A stretch of DNA of 64,000 nt from Bacteroidales bacterium. GTDB lineage: Bacteria > Bacteroidota > Bacteroidia > Bacteroidales > PUMT01. The notes below the pieces were generated by a model that made no database searches, was not told the origin of the DNA, and was given only the letters and a program-made list of their open reading frames with translations. Position 1 is the first letter of the stretch. Every line of letters starts with the position of its first letter. Shown in pieces: positions 44,905-55,732 of the stretch. A program made the translations under genes and the position numbers. Where the stretch lies: contig SLMM01000014.1 of the NCBI GenBank assembly GCA_007133565.1, positions 4,405 through 68,404 on the forward strand, given 5' to 3'.

Positions 44905-45744
44905 ATGACTGCGGATGAACTTTTCGGGAAGATATGTGAAAAGCGAAGCTTTTTGTGTATCGGACTTGACCCGGACCTTTCAAAATTTCCGGAAAAAATT
45001 CTTGAAACCGAAGACCCGGTATATGAATTCAATAAGAAGATAGTCGATGCAACCCATGAATTTGCAGTTGCCTACAAGCCCAATATTGCATTTTACGAGT
45101 CACTGGGTTCAACCGGCTGGTGGAGCCTTGAAAAGACGGTTGAGTATATCAGGAAAAAGCATCCTGAGATGTTCCTGATTGCCGATGCCAAGAGGGGTGA
45201 TATCGGGAATACCTCAAAGAGATATGCAAGAGCCTGGTTTGACAATTTCGGGTTTGATGCAGTAACAGTTACTCCCTACATGGGCGAGGATTCAGTCCGT
45301 CCCTTCCTTGATTATGCCGGTAAATGGACTATACTCCTTGCGGTAACATCAAATACAGGGGCCGCCGATTTCCAGTTCATGAAAGATGTTGATACAGGGC
45401 TGTATTTTTTTGAGAAGGTTATCACCCGGGCCGCCTCATGGGGCTCATATGACAACCTGATGTTCGTTGCCGGTGCCACACAACCGGAAATGTTGCAACG
45501 TGTGCGCCGCATTGTCCCGCATCATTTCCTTCTGGTGCCGGGAATCGGTGCTCAGGGAGGAAGCCTGGCCGCAGTTGCCGAAAACGGTCTTAATGACACT
45601 TGCGGCCTACTGGTAAACTCTTCAAGAGCAATCATACATGCCGACGAAACCGATGAGTTTGACCTTGCTGCAAGGCTTAAAGCTTCTGTGCTCAGGAACG
45701 AAATGGCCGCTGCTCTGGTGAAGCACGGAATTACCGGTACATGA
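44905..45744 (+). CDS. pyrF: Orotidine 5'-phosphate decarboxylase (type 2)
   Basis: The ATG at 44905 gives MTADELFGKICEKRSFLCIGLDPD. Also ADAKRGDIGNT and VPGIGAQGG. The track's longer ORF (44833) would overlap prfA. Confidence 0.85.
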   Translation: MTADELFGKICEKRSFLCIGLDPDLSKFPEKILETEDPVYEFNKKIVDATHEFAVAYKPNIAFYESLGSTGWWSLEKTVEYIRKKHPEMFLIADAKRGDIGNTSKRYARAWFDNFGFDAVTVTPYMGEDSVRPFLDYAGKWTILLAVTSNTGAADFQFMKDVDTGLYFFEKVITRAASWGSYDNLMFVAGATQPEMLQRVRRIVPHHFLLVPGIGAQGGSLAAVAENGLNDTCGLLVNSSRAIIHADETDEFDLAARLKASVLRNEMAAALVKHGITGT

Positions 45745-45816
45745 ATTACCAGCCACTCTTGATTTTTATCTTGTTATTTTCTAACTTTAATATGGCACTA
45801 TTCATGCCCACGGAAA

Positions 45817-47175
45817 ATGACAGAGGATTTCCTGCACCATATCTGGATGAACGGGCTTTACTGGCCGTTATACATGGCAGATAGCTGTAGTACAGGCATT
45901 GAAGTGCTCAGGTGTGGTGAAAGGAACAGTAATTCCGGACCGGACTTTTTTAATGCCCTGATAAGGGTAGATGGAATACTGCTGGCGGGTAACATTGAAA
46001 TACATATAAACAGTTCAGACTGGTACCGGCACGGCCATCACACCGACAGGGCATATGACAGTGTAATACTTCAGCTGGTCGTGAATGATGATGCTGAGGT
46101 TAAGCGGACAACAGGTGATACTGTCCCTACTGCTATACTTTGCTTTGACCCCGGATTACGGGAAAATTACAATCACCTGCTGAAAAATGAATCTTTGATC
46201 GCATGCCGTTCGTTAATGAATTTTGTTGATTCAAAAGCCACAAGGCAATGGCTTGAGAGGCTTGCGATCATGCGGATTAGTGAAAAGGCACACCGGATAA
46301 GGGAAATCTGGCATATGAACAACAGGTGCTGGGAGGAGACAATCTATCAGCAGCTTGCTCGAAATTTCGGATTCAGTCTCAATAATGCTGCTTTTGAAAT
46401 GGTTGCAAGGTCGCTTCCCTACAAGTACCTGCTGAGGCACAGAGACAGCCTGTTCAGGATCGAGGCACTTCTTTTCGGCCAGGCCGGGATGCTTGATGAA
46501 CAACCCTTAAAAGCTTCCTGTCACAGAACTCCCGTGCTATCCTCCGGTTTCATTGGCAGCATTGATCCTGCTGTAACCGGCAGATATGATGAGCATTATC
46601 TTTTACTCAGAAGAGAATACGCATTTTTGAAACGCAAATACGATCTCAGGCCGATTGAGAAACATTTATGGCGTTTTCTCAGGTTACGGCCTGCAAACTT
46701 CCCCACGGTAAGAATCGCTCAGTTTGCCGTACTTCTCCATAACAGGAACTCTATTATGTCAACAGTGCTGGATTGCCGGGACCTTAAATCAATTATCAGT
46801 CTTTTCAGAGTTTCAGCAGCCGGATACTGGGATACCCGTTTTTTGTTCAACAGGCCGTCGGTCCGTAAAACCAAGAGCCTTGGCATATTCGCGGCAAGGT
46901 CGCTCGTAATAAATACGGTGGCACCGGTTCTGTACCTCTACGGCAAATACAGGCAGAATGAAGAATATTGCAACAGAGCGTTAGGATTTCTCAGGGAGCT
47001 TCCTCCTGAAACCAACTCAATTGTTGCAGGATGGGCCATTTTGGGGGTTAAGCCTGAAAGTGCATTGCATTCGCAGGCTCTGTTGCACCTCAGGAATGAG
47101 TTCTGCAATTATCGTAAATGTTTGGATTGCAGACTTGGCTCATATATTATTTTCAGGATTCCTATTGATATATGA
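45817..47175 (+). CDS. DUF2851-family protein
   Basis: 452 aa. Opens EDFLHHIW, then NSGPDF, GNIEIHINSSDWYRHGHHTD, and a C-terminal CxxC (YRKCLDCRLG). Confidence 0.65.
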   Translation: MTEDFLHHIWMNGLYWPLYMADSCSTGIEVLRCGERNSNSGPDFFNALIRVDGILLAGNIEIHINSSDWYRHGHHTDRAYDSVILQLVVNDDAEVKRTTGDTVPTAILCFDPGLRENYNHLLKNESLIACRSLMNFVDSKATRQWLERLAIMRISEKAHRIREIWHMNNRCWEETIYQQLARNFGFSLNNAAFEMVARSLPYKYLLRHRDSLFRIEALLFGQAGMLDEQPLKASCHRTPVLSSGFIGSIDPAVTGRYDEHYLLLRREYAFLKRKYDLRPIEKHLWRFLRLRPANFPTVRIAQFAVLLHNRNSIMSTVLDCRDLKSIISLFRVSAAGYWDTRFLFNRPSVRKTKSLGIFAARSLVINTVAPVLYLYGKYRQNEEYCNRALGFLRELPPETNSIVAGWAILGVKPESALHSQALLHLRNEFCNYRKCLDCRLGSYIIFRIPIDI

Positions 47176-47186
47176 AAAAATAAAGT

Positions 47187-47194
47187 TATTTTTG
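47187..47194 (+). promoter_or_regulatory. -7 box TATTTTTG upstream of rpsO
   Basis: Matches TAnnTTTG, 43 nt before the ATG. Confidence 0.45.
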
Positions 47195-47237
47195 CAGGTC
47201 TTAAAATAGATGTAATCAACAAATTTTACCAAAAAAG

Positions 47238-47507
47238 ATGTATTTAACAGCCGAAAAGAAAAAGGAAATATTTGCGGAGTATGGTGAAACAGCAGAAAAC
47301 ACCGGAAGTGCAGAGGGGCAAATAGCTTTGTTTTCATACCGTATAAATCATCTGACCAGTCATTTGAAAACCAATCCAAAGGATTTCAGCACGCAGCGTG
47401 CACTTGTTAAGCTGGTCGGCAAACGAAGAAGACTGCTTGACTACCTGAAGAACAGGGATATCGAACGTTACCGCGCGATCATAAAGTCACTTAAGCTTAG
47501 GAGATAG
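47238..47507 (+). CDS. rpsO: 30S ribosomal protein S15
   Basis: 89 aa. GSAEGQIALFSYRINHLTSHLK...D..S.R.L.KLVGKRRRLLDYL. Confidence 0.95.
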   Translation: MYLTAEKKKEIFAEYGETAENTGSAEGQIALFSYRINHLTSHLKTNPKDFSTQRALVKLVGKRRRLLDYLKNRDIERYRAIIKSLKLRR

Positions 47508-47510
47508 ACA

Positions 47511-47540
47511 AAAAGGGCGATTGATTAATTGCCCTTTTTT
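47511..47540 (+). terminator. Weak intrinsic terminator/attenuator between rpsO and pnp
   Basis: AAAAGGGC-gattgattaatt-GCCCTTTTTT. Confidence 0.5.
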
Positions 47541-47585
47541 GTATCGGTATCACATTTCTAAATTATTCAATTATTTTGATTATAT

Positions 47586-49721
47586 ATGTTCGACGTTATT
47601 GAAAAGACTATAGACCTGGGTGACGGAAGGTCCATCACCCTCGAAACGGGCAGGCTTGCCAGACAGGCTGACGGGGCCGTTTTGCTAAAAACAGGCAGGA
47701 CAATGTTGCTGGCAACAATCGTATCAGCCAAAGAGGCCAGGGAGAATGTTGACTTTATGCCGTTGTCGGTAGAATATAAGGAGAAATTTGCGTCAATTGG
47801 GCGTATTCCGGGAGGTTTTCTGAAAAGAGAGGCAAGGCCTGGTGATAATGAGATACTGATCAGCAGGTTGGTTGATCGTGCCCTGCGCCCTTTGTTTCCC
47901 GCCGATTACCATGCTGAAACTTTTGTAACTATCGACCTGATTTCGGCCGATAAGGACATAATGCCTGATGCACTTGCCGGACTTGCTGCCTCAGCTGCAA
48001 TAGCGGTATCAGATGTCCCCTTCAATGGTCCCGTTTCAGAGGTGCGGATAGCCAGGGTTGAAGGTCAGTTCAGGATTAATCCCACTTTTTCTGAAGTTGA
48101 GAAGGCAGATATTGACCTGATAATCGGGGCAACCATTGACAATATTCTTATGGTAGAGGGCGAGATGAAAGAAGTTTCCGAAGCCGACATGATGGAAGCC
48201 ATGAAACTTGCACATGCTGCAATCAAGGTGCAATGCAGGGCCCAGATGGACCTGATGGAGATGGCCGGAAAAACAAATAAACGAGAATACAGCCACGAAG
48301 TGAACGATGAGGAGTTGAGGGGAAGGATACGTAAAGAGCTGTATGATAAATGCTATGAGGTTGCAAAAAGTGTAAAGGCCAAACATGACCGTTCAGATGC
48401 ATTCGGGCAGATAAAAGAGGATTTCATTGCGTCACTGCCTGAGGAGCCTGAGCCTGATGTTGCGCTGATTGATAGGTATTATCATGAAGTGCAGAAAGAT
48501 GCGGTAAGAAATCTGCTTCTTGATGAAAGTGTGAGGCTTGACGGCAGAAAGAATGACGAGATCAGGCCGATTACCTGTGAGGTTGATTTTCTTCCTGCGG
48601 CCCATGGATCTGCCCTGTTCACCAGGGGTGAGACCCAGTCGCTTACCACTGTTACACTCGGAACCAAGCTGGATGAGAAGATGGTTGACGAGGTATTGCG
48701 TAAAGGCAAAGACAAGTTTGTATTGCATTACAACTTCCCGCCTTATTCAACCGGCGATGCAAGGCCTATCCGAGGATTGTCACGCAGGGAGGTTGGGCAC
48801 GGAAACCTCGCACACCGGTCGCTTAAGGGTATGGTGCCAAACGATTCCGAAAATCCATATGCTATAAGGATTGTGTCAGATATTCTTGAATCAAACGGGT
48901 CGTCATCTATGGCAACAGTCTGTGCAGGCAGCCTTGCATTGATGGATGCCGGCATTAAGATAAAAAAACCGGTCTCAGGCATCGCGATGGGGTTAATAGC
49001 AGACCCGGAGTCAGGGAAGTATGCGATACTTTCCGATATCCTTGGCGACGAGGATCATCTTGGTGATATGGACTTCAAGGTAGCTGGCACGTATGACGGC
49101 ATTACGGCCGCACAGATGGATATAAAGGTCGATGGATTATCATACGAGGTCCTTGCAAAGGCGCTTGATCAGGCAAGAAAGGGGCGCCTTCATATACTTG
49201 ACAGGATGGCCGAAGCAATCAGTGAGCCCCGTGCAGACCTCAAGCCTCATGCTCCGCGAATAGAGCAGATAAAGATACCTAAAGATATGATAGGCGCCAT
49301 AATCGGGCCGGGTGGCAAGATAATCCAGGACATACAGTCCAGATCGAATGCCACCATTGTTGTTGAAGAGATTGATAATTTCGGTTATGTCGATGTTTTT
49401 GCCGACAACAAGGAATCGATAGAAACGGCCATGCGTATGATCAAGAGCATTATAGCAGTTCCTGAAGTAGGGATGATTTACAAAGGCAAGATAAAGTCAA
49501 TAGTGCCGTTTGGAGCATTTGTGGAGATATTGCCCGGTAAGGAAGGGTTGCTCCATATTTCTGAAATTGACTGGAAACGCACAAATGCAGTCGAAGATGT
49601 CTTGAATGAAGGTGAAGAAGTTGAGGTGAAGCTGATTGATCTTGACAGTAAGACAGGGAAACTGAAGCTTTCGCGGAAGGCTTTGCTGCCAAGACCCGAA
49701 AGGCAGGCGGACAAGAACTGA
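47586..49721 (+). CDS. pnp: Polyribonucleotide nucleotidyltransferase (PNPase)
   Basis: 711 aa. Two RNase PH-like halves, a KH region ([13 protein letters not shown]) and an S1 domain ([27 protein letters not shown]). Confidence 0.95.
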   Translation: MFDVIEKTIDLGDGRSITLETGRLARQADGAVLLKTGRTMLLATIVSAKEARENVDFMPLSVEYKEKFASIGRIPGGFLKREARPGDNEILISRLVDRALRPLFPADYHAETFVTIDLISADKDIMPDALAGLAASAAIAVSDVPFNGPVSEVRIARVEGQFRINPTFSEVEKADIDLIIGATIDNILMVEGEMKEVSEADMMEAMKLAHAAIKVQCRAQMDLMEMAGKTNKREYSHEVNDEELRGRIRKELYDKCYEVAKSVKAKHDRSDAFGQIKEDFIASLPEEPEPDVALIDRYYHEVQKDAVRNLLLDESVRLDGRKNDEIRPITCEVDFLPAAHGSALFTRGETQSLTTVTLGTKLDEKMVDEVLRKGKDKFVLHYNFPPYSTGDARPIRGLSRREVGHGNLAHRSLKGMVPNDSENPYAIRIVSDILESNGSSSMATVCAGSLALMDAGIKIKKPVSGIAMGLIADPESGKYAILSDILGDEDHLGDMDFKVAGTYDGITAAQMDIKVDGLSYEVLAKALDQARKGRLHILDRMAEAISEPRADLKPHAPRIEQIKIPKDMIGAIIGPGGKIIQDIQSRSNATIVVEEIDNFGYVDVFADNKESIETAMRMIKSIIAVPEVGMIYKGKIKSIVPFGAFVEILPGKEGLLHISEIDWKRTNAVEDVLNEGEEVEVKLIDLDSKTGKLKLSRKALLPRPERQADKN

Positions 49722-49770
49722 CACTGATTTTTCCGGCATCCCCGAAAGGGGAATAATAACTATTACAGGG

Positions 49771-49798
49771 AGGCTGTCTCAAAAGGGCAGCCTTTTTT
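49771..49798 (+). terminator. Intrinsic terminator after pnp
   Basis: AGGCTG-tctcaaaaggg-CAGCCT followed by TTTTT. Preceded by a TCCCC-GAAA-GGGGA hairpin at 49739-49752. Confidence 0.6.
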
Positions 49799-49883
49799 AG
49801 TTACCGGTAACTGTTGCCAATATTTAAATATTAGTGTAGGTTTACCAACTGATATGGAAGTTGTCTCTGATCAGGGTTAATAA

Positions 49884-50513
49884 ATGGAATATCTTGTAAT
49901 TGAGGGAAATATAGGCGCGGGAAAGACCACTCTTGCAAAAATGACAGGTAAACGGCATAATGCCAGGGTGGTTCTTGAGCAGTTTTCTGAAAATCCTTTC
50001 CTGCCCGGCTTCTACCAGGATCCCGGGAGGTATGCCTTTCCTCTTGAACTTTCATTTTTGGCTGCCCGTTTTAACCAGATGAAAAATAATCTGCCAGGCA
50101 GTGACCTTTTCGGGTCATTGACCGTAGCCGATTACTCATTCAGTAAATCCCTCATATTTTCATCTGCAACACTGTCAGGGCATGAATACAAGCTTTTCAG
50201 GCAACTTTTCGATATTATGGAGGCACAGATGCCAAAGCCCGATTTGATTGTTTACCTGCACAGCGAGCCCGAAAAACTGCTTGGCAATATTGCGGCCCGT
50301 GGCAGGCCATATGAGCAGGCGATAAAAAAGGAGTACCTTGACAGTATCAGAAGGTCCTACTTTGAATTCATGAAACAGCGCAATGATTTACGTTTCCTGG
50401 TAATTGATATTGGCGGGGCAGATTTTGTGTCAAACAGCGAAGATTATGAAGCTATTGAAGATATTATTTTTCAGGGAAACTACCAATACGGCATAAATCG
50501 TGTGGTTTTGTAA
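49884..50513 (+). CDS. Deoxynucleoside kinase
   Basis: 209 aa. P-loop IEGNIGAGKTTL, the ERS-like region VLEQFSENPFL, and DLIVYL. Confidence 0.85.
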   Translation: MEYLVIEGNIGAGKTTLAKMTGKRHNARVVLEQFSENPFLPGFYQDPGRYAFPLELSFLAARFNQMKNNLPGSDLFGSLTVADYSFSKSLIFSSATLSGHEYKLFRQLFDIMEAQMPKPDLIVYLHSEPEKLLGNIAARGRPYEQAIKKEYLDSIRRSYFEFMKQRNDLRFLVIDIGGADFVSNSEDYEAIEDIIFQGNYQYGINRVVL

Positions 50514-50722
50514 TATTTTTTTTATATTTGGTGATAAATATTGACAATTATTTCAAAAATGTAGTAAGTTTGTATTTACTAGTAAAAATGCGGTATTTTG
50601 GGTCTCAGGGCCACTCCAGACAATATACCGGATTAAATTGCAAACAACCCGGCTATTTTTTTACTAATTGAATGATATAAAGGACCAAATTGATTTTGTG
50701 TAATTAAATAAAAATTTAAACT

Positions 50723-52432
50723 ATGAAAAAGACGCATTTCAACCTAGCTTTGTTTTTCCTGGCGCTCATTGTGCTCAGTAGCTGCGGTGGCCTGAACAGG
50801 ATGAGGAATAATGCCGCAGATGTAAGATACAATGTCACACCGGAAGTGTTGGAAACACATGCCGGTGATGTTGAGGTTACCATCAGGGGCACATATCCTG
50901 AAAATTATTTCCACAGAAATGCAATACTTGAGGTAACTCCCGTGCTTACCTATGAGGGTGGTGAAACAGTTTTCCCGAGCATAACAATGCAGGGGGAAAA
51001 TGTGCGTGACAACCACCAGGTTATCAGGAGGGACGGTGGAAGTTTCACGTACAATGAAACAGTTCCGTTTACCGAAGATATGAGGGTTTCGGAGCTGGTC
51101 GTCAGGGTTAATGCCAGGTTGCGCAATAATGAAATGGATTTTGACCCTCTCAAAATTGCCGACGGCGTCATTGCTACATCCACGCTTGTTGTTAGCGATG
51201 GAAGGCCCGTGCTGGTGCCCGACAGGTTTCAGCGTATCATACCAGAAACCAAGGAATCAGCGATCTTTTATGTAATCAACCGTGCAGATGTACGCCAGAG
51301 CGAACTCAGGTCTGATCGAATGGCAGAATTCCGCAAGTTCCTTGAAGATGCAGTTGCCGATGAGCGCACTGAACTCAAGAGCGTGGGCATTAATGCTTAC
51401 GCATCACCGGATGGCCCCATCAGCTTTAACGAGAGGCTCGCAAACCAGAGGCGTGAGACTTCTGACAGGGTGCTTACCAGCGAGCTTAGAAGGGTTGATC
51501 TTGAGAAAAAGGATGACTTTTACACTGCAAGGGCCCTTGGAGAGGACTGGGAAGGCTTCAGAGAGTTAATGGAAGAATCCGATATCCGTGACAGGGAGCT
51601 GATATTGCGTGTCCTTTCAATGTATTCAGATCCCGAAGTACGTGAAAGGGAGATAAGGAATATGGCTGCGGTATTCGAGGAACTGGCTGACAGAATACTG
51701 CCCCAGCTGCGTCGTTCTGAAATGGCAATAAACGTAGAGCGTATAGGTTACTCAGATGCTGAACTGAGGGAGATATACAGCTCAGACCCCTCCAGGCTGA
51801 ATCTTGAGGAGATCCTCTATACAGCAACTCTTTACGATAACCTGAACAGGAAGCTTGAAGTCTATACAAGGGCCTCACAGCAGTTCCCAAGGTGCTTCAG
51901 GGCATTCAACGGAATAGGTGTCGTTCAGGTGAAACTCGGCAACATTGCCGCCGCCAGGCAGGCATTCCAGTCCGCCCGCAATCTTAACGATAACGATGCT
52001 ATCAAGAACAACCTCGGTGCAGTTGCATTGTATGAAGGAAATATTGATCAGGCAGAAGAGCTTCTGACCTCTGTAGCGTCTCCCACAAGTGAGACAAACT
52101 ACAACCTCGGCATCGTTGCGATCAAGAAAGGAGAATATACAAAGGCAGCCGGACATTTTGGAAATATGCCCGAGCTTAACAATGCACTGGTGAGGATGTT
52201 GCAGGGCAATAATGATGATGCCCTCCGGATACTCAACAATATGGATGATCCATGTGCATTGGCATACTACCTCAGGGCCGTAATCGGCGCACGCAGGCAG
52301 GACAGCACCATGGCTTTTGACAACCTGAGGAGGGCAGTAGGAATGGATGCATCACTCAAGGAGTATGCCAGGACCGACATGGAGTTTGGCCGCTACTTCC
52401 AGGATGCAACTTTTACCTCGATAGTGAACTAA
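50723..52432 (+). CDS. Lipoprotein with a degenerate OmpA-like segment and C-terminal TPR-like repeats
   Basis: 569 aa. Lipobox LSSCGG. AYASPDGPISFNERLANQRRETSDRVL resembles a decayed OmpA_C motif. The C-terminal third has TPR-like helices (YNLGIVAIKKGEYTKAAGHF). Confidence 0.55.
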   Translation: MKKTHFNLALFFLALIVLSSCGGLNRMRNNAADVRYNVTPEVLETHAGDVEVTIRGTYPENYFHRNAILEVTPVLTYEGGETVFPSITMQGENVRDNHQVIRRDGGSFTYNETVPFTEDMRVSELVVRVNARLRNNEMDFDPLKIADGVIATSTLVVSDGRPVLVPDRFQRIIPETKESAIFYVINRADVRQSELRSDRMAEFRKFLEDAVADERTELKSVGINAYASPDGPISFNERLANQRRETSDRVLTSELRRVDLEKKDDFYTARALGEDWEGFRELMEESDIRDRELILRVLSMYSDPEVREREIRNMAAVFEELADRILPQLRRSEMAINVERIGYSDAELREIYSSDPSRLNLEEILYTATLYDNLNRKLEVYTRASQQFPRCFRAFNGIGVVQVKLGNIAAARQAFQSARNLNDNDAIKNNLGAVALYEGNIDQAEELLTSVASPTSETNYNLGIVAIKKGEYTKAAGHFGNMPELNNALVRMLQGNNDDALRILNNMDDPCALAYYLRAVIGARRQDSTMAFDNLRRAVGMDASLKEYARTDMEFGRYFQDATFTSIVN

Positions 52433-52456
52433 AGATATAAAGAAGGGAATAATTAA

Positions 52457-52484
52457 AGGGCTGTCCTATAGGGCAGCCCTTTTT
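52457..52484. terminator. Bidirectional terminator hairpin (overlaps the trmH-family stop codon)
   Basis: AGGGCTG-tcctataggg-CAGCCCT followed by TTTT. An A-run precedes it on the plus strand. Confidence 0.6.
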
Positions 52485-53005
52485 GTATAAAGGTCCCATA
52501 AAACAATTCCCGCACTTACGGCGATGTTGAATGAGTGTTTTGTGCCGAACTGAGGTATTTCAATACATGTATCGCTGATATCAATTATTTCCTGGTCCAC
52601 ACCATTGACCTCGTTGCCGAATACCAGAGCATAGCATCCGTTCTTTTTCGGGCTGAAAGAACCAAGTGGCACGCTGCTTTCGGTCTGTTCAAGGGCAAGA
52701 ATATGGTAACTTCGCTCCTTAAGCGATATCACAGCTTCTTTTGTCGACCTGAAATATTTCCATTCTACCGACTCGGTAGCTCCAAGGGCTGTTTTATGGA
52801 TATCTCTGTGGGGAGGTGTTGCCGTATAACCGCACAAGTATATTGCTTCGGCAAGAAAAGCATCGGCAGTGCGGAAAACCGAACCAATGTTGTTCAGGCT
52901 CCTTACATTGTCAAGAACAATGACAACAGGGTTTTTCCTGGCGCTTTTAAAGCTACTGACCGTTTTCCGGCCCAGTTCATCATTGTCAAGTTTCCTGCGT
53001 GACAT
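52466..53005 (-). CDS. TrmH/SpoU-family RNA 2'-O-methyltransferase
   Basis: 179 aa. SPOUT motifs NIGSVFRTADAF, LVFGNEVNGV and SFNIAVSAGIVLW. Confidence 0.8.
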   Translation of the reverse strand: MSRRKLDNDELGRKTVSSFKSARKNPVVIVLDNVRSLNNIGSVFRTADAFLAEAIYLCGYTATPPHRDIHKTALGATESVEWKYFRSTKEAVISLKERSYHILALEQTESSVPLGSFSPKKNGCYALVFGNEVNGVDQEIIDISDTCIEIPQFGTKHSFNIAVSAGIVLWDLYTKRAAL

Positions 53006-53042
53006 GCGGGGTAATGCTTTATTGAACCATTTTTAATCTGTA

Positions 53043-53070
53043 ATGTTAAAAAAATTAATATTTTTAACAT
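53043..53070. repeat. 10-bp perfect inverted repeat ATGTTAAAAA-N8-TTTTTAACAT in the trmH-family/sucC divergent region
   Basis: 53043-53052 is the reverse complement of 53061-53070. Very AT-rich, so chance is not negligible. Confidence 0.6.
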
Positions 53071-53167
53071 GTTAATTACACACAGACGGAAGATTCCGGT
53101 TGTATGTTTAAATACTGGAGGTATTATGATTCAAAATTAATGCTTTTAAAGGAAAAATAGATCTATT

Positions 53168-54355
53168 ATGAACTTACATGAATACCAGGGAAAACAGATA
53201 CTCAAAGAATACGACGTTGCAGTACCGGAGGGAATAGTGGTTGAATCACCTGAGGCAGCCATGGAAGCCGCAAAGCAGATAAAAAGTATAACCGGTGCCG
53301 AAAGCTGGGCTGTTAAGGCCCAGATCCATGCCGGCGGCCGGGGTAAGGGTGGAGGTGTTAAGATTGCAAAATCGGCAGACCAGGTTTTTGATCATGCGAA
53401 GGAGATCCTGGGTATGACCCTTGTAACACATCAGACAGGTCCTGCCGGTAAGTTAGTGAGAAAAGTCCTTGTTGAACAGGGAATCTATTATCCCGGTGAA
53501 AGTGAGGTTGCGGAGTTCTATATGAGCGTGTTGCTTGACAGGGAAAAGGGAAGGAACATCATTGTATATTCAACCGAGGGAGGGATGGATATAGAAGCCG
53601 TGGCTGAAAGGACCCCGCATCTTATCTTCAGGGAGGAGATCGATCCTTCAGTTGGGTTAAGGGACTTTCAGGCAAGGAAAATAGCTTTTAATCTAAAACT
53701 TGAAGGGACGGCTTACAAGGAGATGGTCAGATTTGTCAAGGCACTGTATAAAGCTTATGAAAATTCAGATGCATCGCTCTTTGAGATCAATCCGGTATTC
53801 AAAACATCCGACAACCTTATACTTGCCGCCGATGCCAAGGTTGTGCTTGATGATAACGGGCTCTTCAGGCATCCCGTTTATGCCGGGATGAGGGATATTA
53901 CCGAAGAGGATCCTGCTGAGGTTGAAGCAGGCAAATATGACCTTAATTTCATTAAACTTGATGGTAATGTGGGGTGTATGGTAAACGGAGCGGGACTTGC
54001 AATGGCAACCATGGACATTATTAAACTATCCGGCGGTGATCCTGCCAATTTCCTCGATGTGGGGGGTACAGCAAATGCATCTACGGTTGAGGCGGGATTC
54101 AGAATTATACTGAAGGATCCCGGAGTAAAAGCCATCTTGGTCAATATTTTCGGAGGCATTGTCAGATGCGACCGGGTTGCCCGGGGAATAATCGATGCCT
54201 GCAAAAGTATTGGAAGCATTCAGGTACCGGTAATTGTAAGGCTTCAGGGCACAAATGCCGATGAGGCCAAACAGCTTATAGATGAGTCGGGGCTTGAGGT
54301 ATATTCTGCGGTCACACTGCAGGAATCGGCCGACCTGGTTAAAAAGGCAGTTTAA
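53168..54355 (+). CDS. sucC: Succinate-CoA ligase (ADP-forming) beta subunit
   Basis: 395 aa. Opens [15 protein letters not shown], then [16 protein letters not shown] and [10 protein letters not shown]. Confidence 0.95.
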   Translation: MNLHEYQGKQILKEYDVAVPEGIVVESPEAAMEAAKQIKSITGAESWAVKAQIHAGGRGKGGGVKIAKSADQVFDHAKEILGMTLVTHQTGPAGKLVRKVLVEQGIYYPGESEVAEFYMSVLLDREKGRNIIVYSTEGGMDIEAVAERTPHLIFREEIDPSVGLRDFQARKIAFNLKLEGTAYKEMVRFVKALYKAYENSDASLFEINPVFKTSDNLILAADAKVVLDDNGLFRHPVYAGMRDITEEDPAEVEAGKYDLNFIKLDGNVGCMVNGAGLAMATMDIIKLSGGDPANFLDVGGTANASTVEAGFRIILKDPGVKAILVNIFGGIVRCDRVARGIIDACKSIGSIQVPVIVRLQGTNADEAKQLIDESGLEVYSAVTLQESADLVKKAV

Positions 54356-54365
54356 AAACGGAACA

Positions 54366-55622
54366 CTAAAGGTCTGCCGGCTTTCTTTTAACCGGCAGGG
54401 TCATGCACCTCGGACCTCCTCCCCCGCGCGGGAGCTCGGAGCCTTCGAGTGTGACAAGCACCTTTTTATAATTTTTAAGATCGGCATTGCCTGAAATGAT
54501 ATCGGCGGCCCTGATAACTTCAAAGCCGTTTCTGCTCATCTCGTCAATAGTGTAATTGTTCCTTTCGTAGCCAATTATTTTTCCCGGTTCAAGAGCAAAG
54601 AAATTTGTTCCGCTGTGCCACTGCTCCCTCTCCTGTACCCAGGGGTCGGATCTTCCGCCACAATATACCGGCTTAAGGTCAATCCCAAGTTTGCTGAGTG
54701 CTTCGGGAATATTCCTCTCTTCCCTGATCGAGCTTACCCTCTTGTTTTCAATGGTGATACTTACCGTCTGGTACTTGCTGCTCCGGTAAATAACGGGTTC
54801 GTATACCATACAGCAGTCCCTGTCAAGTATTGTAAAGACCATGTCAAGGTGGATGAAAGATTCAGGGGTGCCAGGCAGTTCCTGGGCAATTATGTGTTTT
54901 TTGCCGTTGTTTTGCTTTTTAATTATATCAAGAACAAAATCGATACCTTGCGAGCTTGTCCTGGCACTGTTGCCTATCAGAAGCACATCCTCCCTGGCAA
55001 TAAGCACATCGCCCCCTTCAATGGTTGCGGCAGGGTTCCTGTTCATGGTCCTGATAATTTCAGTGCTGAACCGGTTGCTGTAATTGAATATTGTATCCAT
55101 TATCAGCGCTTCCCTTTCTCTGATCCTGTTGGCCATTCTGCTTATAAAGACAGAACCGGGCATTACTATTGCCGCATCCCTGACAAAGAAGAAGTTGTGA
55201 AGCGGGGGTAATGAATAGCGTTCCCTGCTCAGGAACCGTGTAAGGGTGTTATTATCAATCACAACACCTTCGATAAGGAGCCCGGCCAGCTCGCGGGGAC
55301 TTTTTTCAAGGAGCCGGTCCCTCAATTCGCAGTCATTTTCATCCTCGCATATCTGTGCAGTAAGGCTTTCTTTTGCTTCCTGAACTTCAAGGGTTTCAAC
55401 GAGAAGGTCTTTTACCTGGAATACACTCGCATATTTTCGAAGTACCTGTTCGAGCTCAGAGTATTCCTTCCTGGCAATCGAAAGGTTGAGAATGTCGCTG
55501 TACAGAGCTCTCTCGGCATTACCCGGTGTCATATTCTCAACTTCCGGGCCCGGAGAATGGATAATGACTGTCTCAAGCTTACCAATCTCCGATGTAACAC
55601 CCGGTACGATCCTCTCTTCCAT
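54366..55622 (-). CDS. arcA: Arginine deiminase-family (guanidino-group modifying) enzyme
   Basis: 418 aa. N-terminal SEIGKLETVIIHSPGPEVENMTP and a C-terminal catalytic Cys context GGGGPRCMTLP. No arcB or arcC nearby. Confidence 0.7.
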   Translation of the reverse strand: MEERIVPGVTSEIGKLETVIIHSPGPEVENMTPGNAERALYSDILNLSIARKEYSELEQVLRKYASVFQVKDLLVETLEVQEAKESLTAQICEDENDCELRDRLLEKSPRELAGLLIEGVVIDNNTLTRFLSRERYSLPPLHNFFFVRDAAIVMPGSVFISRMANRIREREALIMDTIFNYSNRFSTEIIRTMNRNPAATIEGGDVLIAREDVLLIGNSARTSSQGIDFVLDIIKKQNNGKKHIIAQELPGTPESFIHLDMVFTILDRDCCMVYEPVIYRSSKYQTVSITIENKRVSSIREERNIPEALSKLGIDLKPVYCGGRSDPWVQEREQWHSGTNFFALEPGKIIGYERNNYTIDEMSRNGFEVIRAADIISGNADLKNYKKVLVTLEGSELPRGGGGPRCMTLPVKRKPADL

Positions 55623-55732
55623 AACCGATATTATAACTCAATTTTTTTGTAAATCTGATTTTATGTTATTTCTGAAGGTCAGCAAATGTACTAAATAAAA
55701 TGCACTTTTTGGCCGGCCGGTTAACGGCCTTC

